NCBI GenBank assembly: GCA_964016885.1
Contig: OZ024740.1
Coordinates: forward strand, 14,446,001-14,510,000
Source: Eledone cirrhosa
Lineage: Eukaryota
Direction: 5' to 3'
DNA: 64,000 nt
The notes below the pieces were generated by a model, which was not told where the DNA came from, made no database searches, and saw only the letters and a list, made by a program, of their open reading frames with translations. This document shows, one piece after another, positions 31,501 through 47,800 of the stretch. The position numbers and the translations under genes are program-made. Position 1 is the stretch's first letter. Every line of letters begins with the position of its first letter.

Positions 31501-33729
31501 AGGTAATACATACATCTAGGGCCACATACAACACACAAGCAGGTAGTACACACATCTAGGGCCACATACAACACACAAGCAAGTAATACATACATCTAGG
31601 GCCACATACAACACACAAGCAGGTAATACACACATCTAGCACCACATACAACACACAAACAGGTAGTACATGCATCTAGGGCCACATACAACACACAAGC
31701 AGGTAATACAGACATCTAGGGCCACATACAACACACAAGCAGGTAGTACACACATCTAGGGCCACATACAACACACAAGCAGGTAGTACACACATCTAGG
31801 GCCACATACAACACACAAGCAGGTAGTACATACAGCTAGGACCACATACAACACACAAGCAGGTAGTACACACATCTAGGGCCACATACAACACACAAGC
31901 AGGTAGTACATACATCTAGGGCCACATACAACACACAAGCAAGTAATACATACATCTAGGGCCACATACAACACACACGCAGGTAATACAGACATCTAGC
32001 ACCACATACAACACACAAGCAGGTAATACATACATCTAGGGCCACATACAACACACAAGCAGGTAATACACACATCTAGCACCACATACAACACACAAAC
32101 AGGTAGTACATACATCTAGGGCCACATACAACACACAAGCAGTTAATACATACATCTAGGGCCACATACAACACACAAACAGGTAGTACATACATCTAGG
32201 ACCACATACAACACACAAGCAGGTAGTACACACATCTAGGGCCACATACAACACACAAGCAGGTAGTACACACATCTAGGGCCACATACAACACACAAGA
32301 AGGTAGTACATACATCTAGGGCCACATACAACACACAAGCAGGTAATACATACAACTAGGGCCACATGCAACACAGAAGCAGGTAATACACAGATCTAGG
32401 GCCATATACAACACACACGCAGGTAATAAAGACATCTAGCACCACATACAACACACACGCAGGTAATACACACATCTAGGGCCACATACAACACACAAGC
32501 AGGTAATACACACATCTAGGGCCATATACAACACACAAGCAGGTAATACATACATCTAGGGCCACATACAACACACACGCAGATAATACACATATTCTAG
32601 GGCCACATACAACACACAAGCAGGTAATACATACATCTAGGGCCACATACAACACACAAGCAGGTAATACACACATCTAGGGCCACATACAACACACAAG
32701 CAGGTAATAGAAAACATCTAGGGCCACATTCAACACACAAGCAGGTAATACATACATCTAGGGCCACATACAACAAACATGCAGGTAATACACACATCTA
32801 GGGCCACATATAACACACACGCAGGTATTACAGACATCTAGCACCACATACAACACACAAGCAGGTAGTACACGCATCTAGGACCACATACAACACACAA
32901 GCAGGTAATACAGACATCTAGGGCCACATACTACACACAAGCAGGTAATACATACATCTAGGCCACATACAACACACAAGCAGGTAATACATACATCTAG
33001 GGCCACATACAACACACAAGCAAGTAATACATACATCTAGGGCCACATACAACACACAAGCAGGTAATACATACATCTATGGCCACATACAACACACAAG
33101 CAGGTAATACATACATCTAGGGCCACATACAACACAAAAGCAGGTAGTACATACATCTGGGGCCACATACAACACACAAGCAGGTAATACAGACATCTAG
33201 GGCCACATACAACACACAAGTAGGTAATACATACATCTAGGGCCACATACAACACACAAGCAAGTAATACATACATCTAGGGCCACATACAACACACAAG
33301 CAGGTAATACACACATCTAGGGCCACATACAACACACACGCAGGTAATTCAGACATCTAGCACCACATACAACACACAAGCAGGTAATACATACATCTAG
33401 GGCCACATACAACACACAAGCAGGTAATACACACATCTAGGGCCACATACAACACACACGCAGGTAATACACACATCTAGCACCACATACAACACACAAA
33501 CAGGTAGTACATACATCTAGGGCCACATACAACACACAAGCAGGTAATACACACATCTAGGGCCACATACAACACACACGCAGGTAATACAGACATCTAG
33601 CACCACATACAACACACAAGCAGGTAATACATGCATCTAGGGCCACATACAACACACAAGCAGGTAATACACACATCTAGCACCACATACAACACAGAAA
33701 CAGTTATTACATACATCATGGGCCACATA

Positions 33730-36700
33730 CAACACACAAGCAGGTAATACAGACATCTAGGGCCACATACAACACACAAGCAGGTAGTACACACATTTAG
33801 GGCCACATACAACACACAAGCAGGTAGTACACACATCTAGGGCCACATACAACACACAAGCAGTTAGTACACACATCTAGGGCCACATACAACACACAAG
33901 CAGGTAGTACATACATCTAGGGCCACATACAACACTCAAGCAGGTAGTACACACATCTAGGGCCACATACAACACACAAGCAGGTAGTACATACATCTAG
34001 GACCACATACAACACACAAGCAGGTAGTACACACATCTAGGGCCACATACAACACACAAGCAGGTAGTACATACATCTAAGGCCACATACAACACACAAG
34101 CAAGTAATACATACATCTAGGGCCACATACAACACACACGCAGGTAATACAGACATCTAGCACCACATACAACACACAAGCAGGTAATACATACATCTAG
34201 GGCCACATACAACACACAAGCAGGTAATACACACATCTAGCACCACATACAACACACAAGCAGGTAATACATACATCTAGGGCCACATACAACACACAAG
34301 CAGGTAATACACACATCTAGGGCCACATACAACACACAAGCAGGTAATACATACATCTAGGGCCACATACAACACACAAGCAGGTAATACACACATCTAG
34401 GGCCACATACAACACAAAAGCAGGTAATACAGACATCTAGGGCCACATACTACACACAAGCAGGTAATACATACATCTAGGCCACATACAACACACAAGC
34501 AGGTAATACATACATCTACGGCCACATACAACACACAAGCAAGTAATACATACATCTAGGGCCACATACAACACACAAGCAGGTAATACATACATCTATG
34601 GCCACATACAACACACAAACAGGTAATACATACATCTATGGCCACATACAACACACAAGCAGGTAATACACACATCTAGGGTCACATACAACACACACGC
34701 AGGTAATACAGACATCTAGCACCACATACAACACACAAGCAGGTAATACATACATCTAGGGCCACATACAACACACAAGCAGGTAATACACACATCTAGC
34801 ACCACATACAACACACAAACAGGTAGTACATACATCTAGGGCCACATACAACACACAAGCAGGTAATACAGACATCTAGGGCCACATACAACACACAAGC
34901 AGGTAGTACACACATCTAGGGACACATACAACACACAAGCAGGTAGTACACACATCTAGGGCCACATACAACACACAAGCAGGTAGTACATACAGCTAGG
35001 ACCAAATACAACACACAAGCAGGTAGTACACACATCTAGGGCCACATACAACACACAAGCAGGTAGTACATACATCTAGGGCCACATACAACACACAAGC
35101 AAGTAATACATACATCTAGGGCCACATACAACACACACGCAGGTAATACAGACATCTAGCACCACATACAACACACAAGCAGGTAATACATACATCTAGG
35201 GCCACATACAACATACAAGCAGTTAATACACACATCTAGCACCACATACAACACACAAACAGGTAGTACATACATCTAGGGCCACATACAACACACAAGC
35301 AGGTAATACACACATCTAGGGCCACATACAACACACAAGCAGGTAATACATACATCTATGACCACATACAACACACAAGCAGGTAATACACACATCTAGG
35401 GCCACATACAACACACACGCAGGTAATACACACATCTAGCACCACATACAACACACAAACAGGTAGTACAATCATCTAGGGCCACATACAACACACAAGC
35501 AGGTAATACACACATCTAGGGCCACATACAACACACACGCAGGTAATACAGACATCTAGCACCACATACAACACACAAGCAGGTAATACATACATCTAGG
35601 GCCACATACAACACACAAGCAGGTAATACACACATCTAGCACCACATACAACACACAAACAGGTAGTACATACATCTAGGGCCACATACAACACACAAGC
35701 AGGTAATACATACATCTAGGGCCACATACAACACACAAGCAGGTAGTACACACATCTAGGGCAACATACAACACACAAGCAGGTAGTACACACATCTAGG
35801 GCCACATACAACACACAAGCAGGTAGTACATACATCTAGGACCACATACAACACACAAGCAGGTAGTACACACATCTAGGGCCACATACATCACACAAGC
35901 AGGTAGTACATACATCTAGGGCCACATACAACACACAAGCAAGCAATACATACATCTAGGACCACATACAACACACAAGCAGGTAATACATACATCTAGG
36001 GCCACATACAACACACAAACAGGTAGTACATACATCTAGGACCACATACAACACACAAGCAGGTAGTACACACATCTAGGGCCACATACAGCACACAAGC
36101 AGGTAGTACACACATCTAGGGCCACATACAACACACAAGAAGGTAGTACATACATCTAGGGCCACATACAACACACAAGCAAGTAATACATACATCTAGC
36201 ACCACATACAACACACAAGCAGGTAATACATACATCTAGGGCCACATGCAACACAGAAGCAGGTAATACAGACATCTAGGGCCACATACAACACACAAGC
36301 AGGTAGTACACACATTTAGGGCCACATACAACACACAAGCAGGTAGTACACACATCTAGGGCCACATACAACACACAAGCATTTAGTACACACATCTAGG
36401 GCCACATACAACACACAAGCAGGTAGTACATACATCTAGGGCCACATACAACACTCAAGCAGGTAGTACACACATCTAGGGCCACATACAACACACAAGC
36501 AGGTAGTACATACATCTAGGACCACATACAACACACAAGCAGGTAGTACACACATCTAGGGCCACATACAACACACAAGCAGGTAGTACATACATCTAAG
36601 GCCACATACAACACACAAGCAAGTAATACATACATCTAGGGCCACATACAACACACACGCAGGTAATACAGACATCTAGCACCACATACAACACACAAGC

Positions 36701-39700
36701 AGGTAATACATACATCTAGGGCCACATACAACACACAAGCAGGTAATACACACATCTAGCACCACATACAACACACAAACAGGTAGTACATACATCTAGG
36801 GCCACATACAACACACAAGCAGGTAATACATACATCTAGGGCCACATACAACACACAAGCAGGTAATACACACATCTAGGGCCACATACAACACACAAGC
36901 AGGTAATACATACATCTAGGGCCACATACAACACACAAGCAGGTAATACACACATCTAGGGCCACATACAACACAAAAGCAGGTAATACAGACATCTAGG
37001 GCCACATACTACACACAAGCAGGTAATACATACATCTAGGCCACATACAACACACAAGCAGGTAATACATACATCTAGGGCCACATACAACACACAAGCA
37101 AGTAATACATACATCTAGGGCCACATACAACACACAAGCAGGTAATACATACATCTATGGCCACATACAACACACAAGCAGGTAATACACACATCTAGGG
37201 TCACATACAACACACACGCAGGTAATACAGACATCTAGCACCACATACAACACACAAGCAGGTAATACATACATCTAGGGCCACATACAACACACAAGCA
37301 GGTAATACACACATCTAGCACCACATACAACACACAAACAGGTAGTACATACATCTAGGGCCACATACAACACACAAGCAGGTAATACAGACATCTAGGG
37401 CCACATACAACACACAAGCAGGTAGTACACACATCTAGGGCCACATACAACACACAAGCAGGTAGTACACACATCTAGGGCCACATACAACACACAAGCA
37501 GGTAGTACATACAGCTAGGACCAAATACAACACACAAGCAGGTAGTACACAAATCTAGGGCCACATACAACACACAAGCAGGTAGTACATACATCTAGGG
37601 CCACATACAACACACAAGCAAGTAATACATACATCTATGGCCACATACAACACACAAGCAGGTAATACACACATCTAGGGTCACATACAACACACACGCA
37701 GGTAATACAGACATCTAGCACCACATACAACACACAAGCAGGTAATACATACATCTAGGGCCACATACAACATACAAGCAGTTAATACACACATCTAGCA
37801 CCACATACAACACACAAACAGGTAGTACATACATCTAGGGCCACATACAACACACAAGCAGGTAATACACACATCTAGGGCCACATACAACACACAAGCA
37901 GGTAATACATACATCTAGGACCACATACAACACACAAGCAGGTAGTACACACATCTAGGGCCACATACAACACACAAGCAGGTAGTACATACATCTAAGG
38001 CCACATACAACACACAAGCAAGTAATACATACATCTAGGGCCACATACAACACACACGCAGGTAATACAGACATCTAGCACCACATACAACACACAAGCA
38101 GGTAATACATACATCTAGGGCCACATACAACACTCAAGCAGGTAGTACACACATCTAGGGCCACATACAACACACAAGCAGGTAGTACATACATCTAGGA
38201 CCACATACAACACACAAGCAGGTAGTACACACATCTAGGGCCACATACAACACACAAGCAGGTAGTACATACATCTAGGGCCACATACAACACACACGCA
38301 GGTAATACAGACATCTAGCACCACATACAACACACAAGCAGGTAATACACACATCTAGGGCCACATACAACACTCAAGCAGGTAGTACACACATCTAGGG
38401 CCACATACAACACACAAGCAGGTAGTACATACATCTAGGACCACATACAACACACAAGCAGGTAGTACACACATCTAGGGCCACATACAACACACAAGCA
38501 GGTAGTACATACATCTAAGGCCACATACAACACACAAGCAAGTAATACATACATCTAGGGCCACATACAACACACACGCAGGTAATACAGACATCTAGCA
38601 CCACATACAACACACAAGCAGGTAATACATACATCTAGGGCCACATACAACACACAAGCAGGTAATACACACATCTAGCACCACATACAACACACAAACA
38701 GGTAGTACATACATCTAGGGCCACATACAACACACAAGCAGGTAATACATACATCTAGGGCCACATACAACACACAAGCAGGTAATACACACATCTAGGG
38801 CCACATACAACACACAAGCAGGTAATACATACATCTAGGGCCACATACAACACACAAGCAGGTAATACACACATCTAGGGCTACATACAACACAAAAGCA
38901 GGTAATACAGACATCTAGGGCCACATACTACACACAAGCAGGTAATACATACATCTAGGCCACATACAACACACAAGCAGGTAATACATACATCTACGGC
39001 CACATACAACACACAAGCAAGTAATACATACATCTAGGGCCACATACAACACACAATCAGGTAATACATACATCTATGGCCACATACAACACACAAGCAG
39101 GTAATACACACATCTAGGGTCACATACAACACACACGCAGGTAATACAGACATCTAGCACCACATACAACACACAAGCAGGTAATACATACATCTAGGGC
39201 CACATACAACACACAAGCAGGTAATACACACATCTAGCACCACATACAACACACAAACAGGTAGTACATACATCTAGGGCCACATACAACACACAAGCAG
39301 GTAATACAGACATCTAGGGCCACATACAACACACAAGCAGGTAGTACACACATCTAGGGCCACATACAACACACAAGCAGGTAGTACACACATCTAGGGC
39401 CACATACAACACACAAGCAGGTAGTACATACAGCTAGGACCAAATACAACACACAAGCAGGTAGTACACAAATCTAGGGCCACATACAACACACAAGCAG
39501 GTAGTACATACATCTAGGGCCACATACAACACACAAGCAAGTAATACATACATCTATGGCCACATACAACACACAAGCAGGTAATACACACATCTAGGGT
39601 CACATACAACACACACGCAGGTAATACAGACATCTAGCACCACATACAACACACAAGCAGGTAATACATACATCTAGGGCCACATACAACATACAAGCAG

Positions 39701-40800
39701 TTAATACACACATCTAGCACCACATACAACACACAAACAGGTAGTACATACATCTAGGGCCACATACAACACACAAGCAGGTAATACACACATCTAGGGC
39801 CACATACAACACACAAGCAGGTAATACATACATCTAGGACCACATACAACACACAAGCAGGTAATACACACATCTAGGGCCACATACAACACACACGCAG
39901 GTAATACACACATCTAGCACCACATACAACACACAAACAGGTAGTACAATCATCTAGGGCCACATACAACACACAAGCAGGTAATACACACATCTAGGGC
40001 CACATACAACACACACGCAGGTAATACAGACATCTAGCACCACATACAACACACAAGCAGGTAATACATACATCTAGGGCCACATACAACACACAAGCAG
40101 GTAATACACACATCTAGCACCACATACAACACACAAACAGGTAGTACATACATCTAGGGCCACATACAACACACAAGCAGGTAATACATACATCTAGGGC
40201 CACATACAACACACAAGCAGGTAGTACACACATCTAGGGCCACATACAACACACAAGCAGGTAGTACACACATCTAGGGCCACATACAACACACAAGCAG
40301 GTAGTACATACATCTAGGACCACATACAACACACAAGCAGGTAGTACACACATCTAGGGCCACATACATCACACAAGCAGGTAGTACATACATCTAGGGC
40401 CACATACAACACACAAGCAAGCAATACATACATCTAGGACCACATACAACACACAAGCAGGTAATACATACATCTAGGGCCACATACAACACACAAACAG
40501 GTAGTACATACATCTAGGACCACATACAACACACAAGCAGGTAGTACACACATCTAGGGCCACATACAGCACACAAGCAGGTAGTACACACATCTAGGGC
40601 CACATACAACACACAAGAAGGTAGTACATACATCTAGGGCCACATACAACACACAAGCAAGTAATACATACATCTAGCACCACATACAACACACAAGCAG
40701 GTAATACATACATCTAGGGCCACATGCAACACAGAAGCAGGTAATACACAGATCTAGGGCCATATACAACACACACGCAGGTAATAAAGACATCTAGCAC
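33730..40800 (+). repeat. Mosaic of overlapping local duplications (offsets 2519, 1919, 4478 and 240 bp)
   Basis: CATTTAGG and CACTCAAG at ~33.79/33.93 kb recur at ~36.31/36.45 kb (+2519). ACCAAATAC occurs at 35001/37520/39439, TACAGCAC at ~36.09/40.57 kb, and CACTCAAG at 38131/38371. Confidence 0.8.
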
Positions 40801-43800
40801 CACATACAACACACAAACAGGTAGTACAATCATCTAGGGCCACATACAACACACAAGCAGGTAATACACACATCTAGGGCCACATACAACACACACGCAG
40901 GTAATACAGACATCTAGCACCACATACAACACACAAGCAGGTAATACATACATCTAGGGCCACATACAACACACAAGCAGGTAATACACACATCTAGGGC
41001 CACATACAACACACAAGCAGATAATACATACATCTAGGGCCACATACAACACGCACGCAGATAATACACATATTCTAGGGTCACATACAACACACAAGCA
41101 GGTAATACATACATCTAGGGCCACATACAACACACAAGCAGGTAATACACACATCTAGGGCCACATACAACACACAAGCAGGTAATACACACATCTAGGG
41201 CCACATTCAACACACAAGCAGGTAATACATACATCTAGGGCCACATACAACAAACATGCAGGTAATACACACATCTAGGGCCACATACAACACACACGCA
41301 GGTAATACAGACATCTAGCACCACATACAACACACAAGCAGGTAGTAAACGCATCTAGGACCACATACAACACACAAGCAGGTAATACAGACATCTAGGG
41401 CCACATACTACACACAAGCAGGTAATACATACATCTAGGGCCACATACAACACACAAGCAGGTAATACATACATCTAGGGCCACATACAACACACAAGCA
41501 GGTAATACATACATCTAGGGTCACATAGAACACACAAGCAGGTAATACATACATCTAGGACCACATACAACACACAAGCAGGTAATACATACATCTAGGG
41601 CCACATACAACACACAAGCAGGTAATACATACATCTAGGGCCACATACAACACACAAGCAGGTAATACATACATCTAGGGCCACATACAACACACAAGCA
41701 GGTAGTACATACATCTAGGGCCACATACAACACACAAGCAGTTAGTACATACATCTAGGACCACATACAACACACAAGCAGGTAATACATACATCTAGGG
41801 TCACATAGAACACACAAGCAGGTAATACATACATCTAGGACCACATACAACACACAAGCAGGTAATACATACATCTAGGGCCACATACAACACACAAGCA
41901 GGTAATACATACATCTAGGGCAACATACAACACACCAGCAGGTAATACATACATCTAGGGCCACATACAACACACAAGCAGGTAATACATACATCTAGGG
42001 CCACATACAACACACAACCAAGTAATACATACATCTAGGGCCACACACAACACACAAGCAGGTAATACACACATCTAGGGCCACATACAACACACAAGCA
42101 GGTAATACACACATCTAGGGCCACATACAACACACAAGCAGGTAATACAGACATCTAGGGCCACATACTACACACAAGCAGGTAATACATACATCTAGGC
42201 CACATACAACACATAAGCAGGTAATACATACATCTAGGGCCACATACAACACACAAGCAAGTAATACATACATCTAGGGCCACATACAACACACAAGCAG
42301 GTAATACATACATCTATGGCCACATACAACACACAAGCAGGTAATACATACATATAGGGCCACATACAACACAAAAGCAGGTAGTACATACATCTAGGGC
42401 CACATACAACACACAAGCAGGTAATAAAGACATCTAGGGCCACATACAACACACAAGTAGGTAATACACACATCTAGGGCCACATACAACACACACGCAG
42501 GTAATACAGACATCTCGCACCACATACAACACACAAGCAGGTAATACATACATCTAGGGCCACATACAACACACAAGCAGGTAATACACACATCTAGGGC
42601 CACATACAACACACAAGAAGGTAGTACATACATCTAGGGCCACATACAACACACAAGCAAGCAATACATACATCTAGGACCACATACAACACACAAGCAG
42701 GTAATACATACATCTAGGGCCACATACAACACACAAACAGGTAGTACATACATCTAGGACCACATACAACACACAAGCAGGTAGTACACACATCTAGGGC
42801 CACATACAGCACACAAGCAGGTAGTACACACATCTAGGGCCACATACAACACACAAGAAGGTAGTACATACATCTAGGGCCACATACAACACACAAGCAA
42901 GTAATACATACATCTAGCACCACATACAACACACAAGCAGGTAATACATACATCTAGGGCCACATGCAACACAGAAGCAGGTAATACACAGATCTAGGGC
43001 CATATACAACACACACGCAGGTAATAAAGACATCTAGCACCACATACAACACACAAACAGGTAGTACAATCATCTAGGGCCACATACAACACACAAGCAG
43101 GTAATACACACATCTAGGGCCACATACAACACACACGCAGGTAATACAGACATCTAGCACCACATACAACACACAAGCAGGTAATACATACATCTAGGGC
43201 CACATACAACACACAAGCAGGTAATACACACATCTAGGGCCACATACAACACACAAGCAGATAATACATACATCTAGGGCCACATACAACACGCACGCAG
43301 ATAATACACATATTCTAGGGTCACATACAACACACAAGCAGGTAATACATACATCTAGGGCCACATACAACACACAAGCAGGTAATACACACATCTAGGG
43401 CCACATACAACACACAAGCAGGTAATACACACATCTAGGGCCACATTCAACACACAAGCAGGTAATACATACATCTAGGGCCACATACAACAAACATGCA
43501 GGTAATACACACATCTAGGGCCACATACAACACACACGCAGGTAATACAGACATCTAGCACCACATACAACACACAAGCAGGTAGTAAACGCATCTAGGA
43601 CCACATACAACACACAAGCAGGTAATACAGACATCTAGGGCCACATACTACACACAAGCAGGTAATACATACATCTAGGGCCACATACAACACACAAGCA
43701 GGTAATACATACATCTAGGGCCACATACAACACACAAGCAGGTAATACATACATCTAGGGTCACATAGAACACACAAGCAGGTAATACATACATCTAGGA

Positions 43801-44850
43801 CCACATACAACACACAAGCAGGTAATACATACATCTAGGGCCACATACAACACACAAGCAGGTAATACATACATCTAGGGCCACATACAACACACAAGCA
43901 GGTAATACATACATCTAGGGCCACATACAACACACAAGCAGGTAGTACATACATCTAGGGCCACATACAACACACAAGCAGTTAGTACATACATCTAGGA
44001 CCACATACAACACACAAGCAGGTAATACATACATCTAGGGTCACATAGAACACACAAGCAGGTAATACATACATCTAGGACCACATACAACACACAAGCA
44101 GGTAATACATACATCTAGGGCCACATACAACACACAAGCAGGTAATACATACATCTAGGGCAACATACAACACACCAGCAGGTAATACATACATCTAGGG
44201 CCACATACAACACACAAGCAGGTAATACATACATCTAGGGCCACATACAACACACAACCAAGTAATACATACATCTAGGGCCACACACAACACACAAGCA
44301 GGTAATACACACATCTAGGGCCACATACAACACACAAGCAGGTAATACACACATCTAGGGCCACATACAACACACAAGCAGGTAATACAGACATCTAGGG
44401 CCACATACTACACACAAGCAGGTAATACATACATCTAGGCCACATACAACACATAAGCAGGTAATACATACATCTAGGGCCACATACAACACACAAGCAA
44501 GTAATACATACATCTAGGGCCACATACAACACACAAGCAGGTAATACATACATCTATGGCCACATACAACACACAAGCAGGTAATACATACATATAGGGC
44601 CACATACAACACAAAAGCAGGTAGTACATACATCTAGGGCCACATACAACACACAAGCAGGTAATAAAGACATCTAGGGCCACATACAACACACAAGTAG
44701 GTAATACACACATCTAGGGCCACATACAACACACACGCAGGTAATACAGACATCTCGCACCACATACAACACACAAGCAGGTAATACATACATCTAGGGC
44801 CACATACAACACACAAGCAGGTAATACACACATCTAGGGCCACATACAAC
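40381..44850 (+). repeat. Tandem duplication, period 2240 bp (56 monomers, one insertion and one deletion): ~40381-42620 and ~42621-44850
   Basis: GCAAGCAAT at ~40417/42657, ACGCACGC at 41051/43291, GTAGTAAAC at 41342/43582. ORF pairs 40954/43194 and 42234/44474. Confidence 0.92.
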
Positions 44851-47800
44851 ACACACGCAGGTAATACACACATCTAGCACCACATACAACACACAAACAG
44901 GTAGTACATACATCTAGGGCCACATACAACACACAATCAGGTAATACACACATCTAGGGCCACATACAACACACACGCAGGTAATACAGACATCTAGCAC
45001 CACATACAACACACAAGCAGGTAATACATACATCTAGGGCCACATACAACACACAAGCAAGTAATACATACATCTAGGGCCACACACAACACACAAGCAG
45101 GTAATACACACATCTAGGGCCACATACAACACACAAGCAGGTAATACACACATCTAGGGCCACATACAACACACAAGCAGGTAATACAGACATCTAGGGC
45201 CACATACTACACACAAGCAGGTAATACATACATCTAGGCCACATACAACACACAAGCAGGTAATACATACATCTAGGGCCACATACAACACACAAGCAAG
45301 TAATACATACATCTAGGGCCACATACAGCACACAAGCAGGTAATACATACATCTATGGCCACATACAACACACAAGCAGGTAATACATACATATAGGGCC
45401 ACATACAACACAAAAGCAGGTAGTACATACATCTAGGTCCACATACAACACACAAGCAGGTAATACAGACATCTAGGGCCACATACAACACACAAGCAGG
45501 TAATACACACATCTAGGGCCACATACAACACACACGCAGGTAATACAGACATCTAGCACCACATACAACACACAAGCAGGTAATACATACATCTAGGGCC
45601 ACATACAACACACAAGCAGGTAATACACACATCTAGGGCCACATACAACACACACGCAGGTAATACACACATCTAGCACCACATACAACACACAAACAGG
45701 TAGTACATACATCTAGGGCCACATACAACACACAAGCAGGTAATACACACATCTAGGGCCACATACAACACACACGCAGGTAATACAGACATCTAGCACC
45801 ACATACAACACACAAGCAGGTAATACATACATCTAGGGCCACATAAAACACACAAGCAGGTAATACACACATCTCGCACCACATACAACACACAAACAGG
45901 TAGTACATACATCTAGGGCCATATACAACACACAAGCAGGTAATACAGACATCTAGGGCCACATACAACACACAAGCAGGTAGTACACACATCTAGGGCC
46001 ACATACAACACACAAGCAGGTAGTACACACATCTAGGGCCATATACAACACACAAGCAGGTAGTACATACATCTAGGACCACATACAACACACAAGCAGG
46101 TAGTACACACATCTAGGGCCACATACAACACACAAGCAGGTAATACATACATCTAGGGCCACATACAACACACACGCAGGTAGTACATACATCTAGGACC
46201 ACATACAACACACAAGCAGGTAATACATACATCTAGCACCACATACAACACACAAGCAGGTAATACACACATCTAGGGCCACATACAACACACAAGCAGG
46301 TAGTACACACATCTAGGGCCACATACAACACACAAGCAGGTAGTACATACATCTAGGGCCACATACAACACACAAGCAAGTAATACATACATCTAGGGCC
46401 ACACACAACACACAAGCAGGTAATACACACATCTAGGGCCACATACAACACACAAGCAGGTAATACACACATCTAGGGCCACATACAACACACAAGCAGG
46501 TAATACAGACATCTAGGGCCACATACTACACACAAGCAGGTAATACATACATCTAGGCCACATACAACACACAAGCAGGTAATACATACATATAGGGCCA
46601 CATACAACACAAAAGCAGGTAGTACATACATCTATGGCCACATACAACACACAAGCAGGTAATACAGACATCTAGGGCCACATACAACACACAAGCAGGT
46701 AATACACACATCTAGGGCCACATACAACACACACGCAGGTAATACAGACATCTAGCACCACATACAACACACAAGCAGGTAATACATACATCTAGGGCCA
46801 CATACAACACACAAGCAGGTAATACACACATCTAGGGCCACATACAACACACACGCAGGTAATACACACATCTAGCACCACATACAACACACAAACAGGT
46901 AGTACATACATCTAGGGCCACATACAACACACAAGCAGGTAATACACACATCTAGGGCCACATACAACACACACGCAGGTAATACAGACATCTAGCACCA
47001 CATACAACACACAAGCAGGTAATACATACATCTAGGGCCACATACAACACACAAGCAGGTAATACACACATCTCGCACCACATACAACACACAAACAGGT
47101 AGTACATACATCTAGGGCCATATACAACACACAAGCAGGTAATACAGACATCTAGGGCCACATACAACACACAAGCAGGTAGTACACACATCTAGGGCCA
47201 CATACAACACACAAGCAGGTAGTACACACATCTAGGGCCATATACAACACACAAGCAGGTAGTACATACATCTAGGACCACATACAACACACAAGCAGGT
47301 TGTACACACATCTAGGGCCACATAAAACACACAAGCAGGTAATACATACATCTAGGGCCACATACAACACACACGCAGGTAGTACATACATCTAGGACCA
47401 CATACAACACACAAGCAGGTAATACATACATCTAGCACCACATACAACACACACGCAGGTAGTACATACATCTAGGGCCACATACAACACACAAGCAGGT
47501 AATACATACATCTAGGATCACATACAACACACAAGCAGGTAATACATACATCTAGGACCACATACAACACACAAGCAGGTAATACATACATCTAGGGCCA
47601 CATACAACACACAAGCAGGTAATACATACATCTAGGACCACATACAACACACAAGCAGGTAGTACACACATCTAGGGCCACATACAACACACAAGCAGGT
47701 AGTACATAGATCTAGGGCCACATACAACACACAAGCAAGTAATACATACATCTAGGGCCACATACAACACACAAGCAGGTAATACTTACATCTAGGGCCA

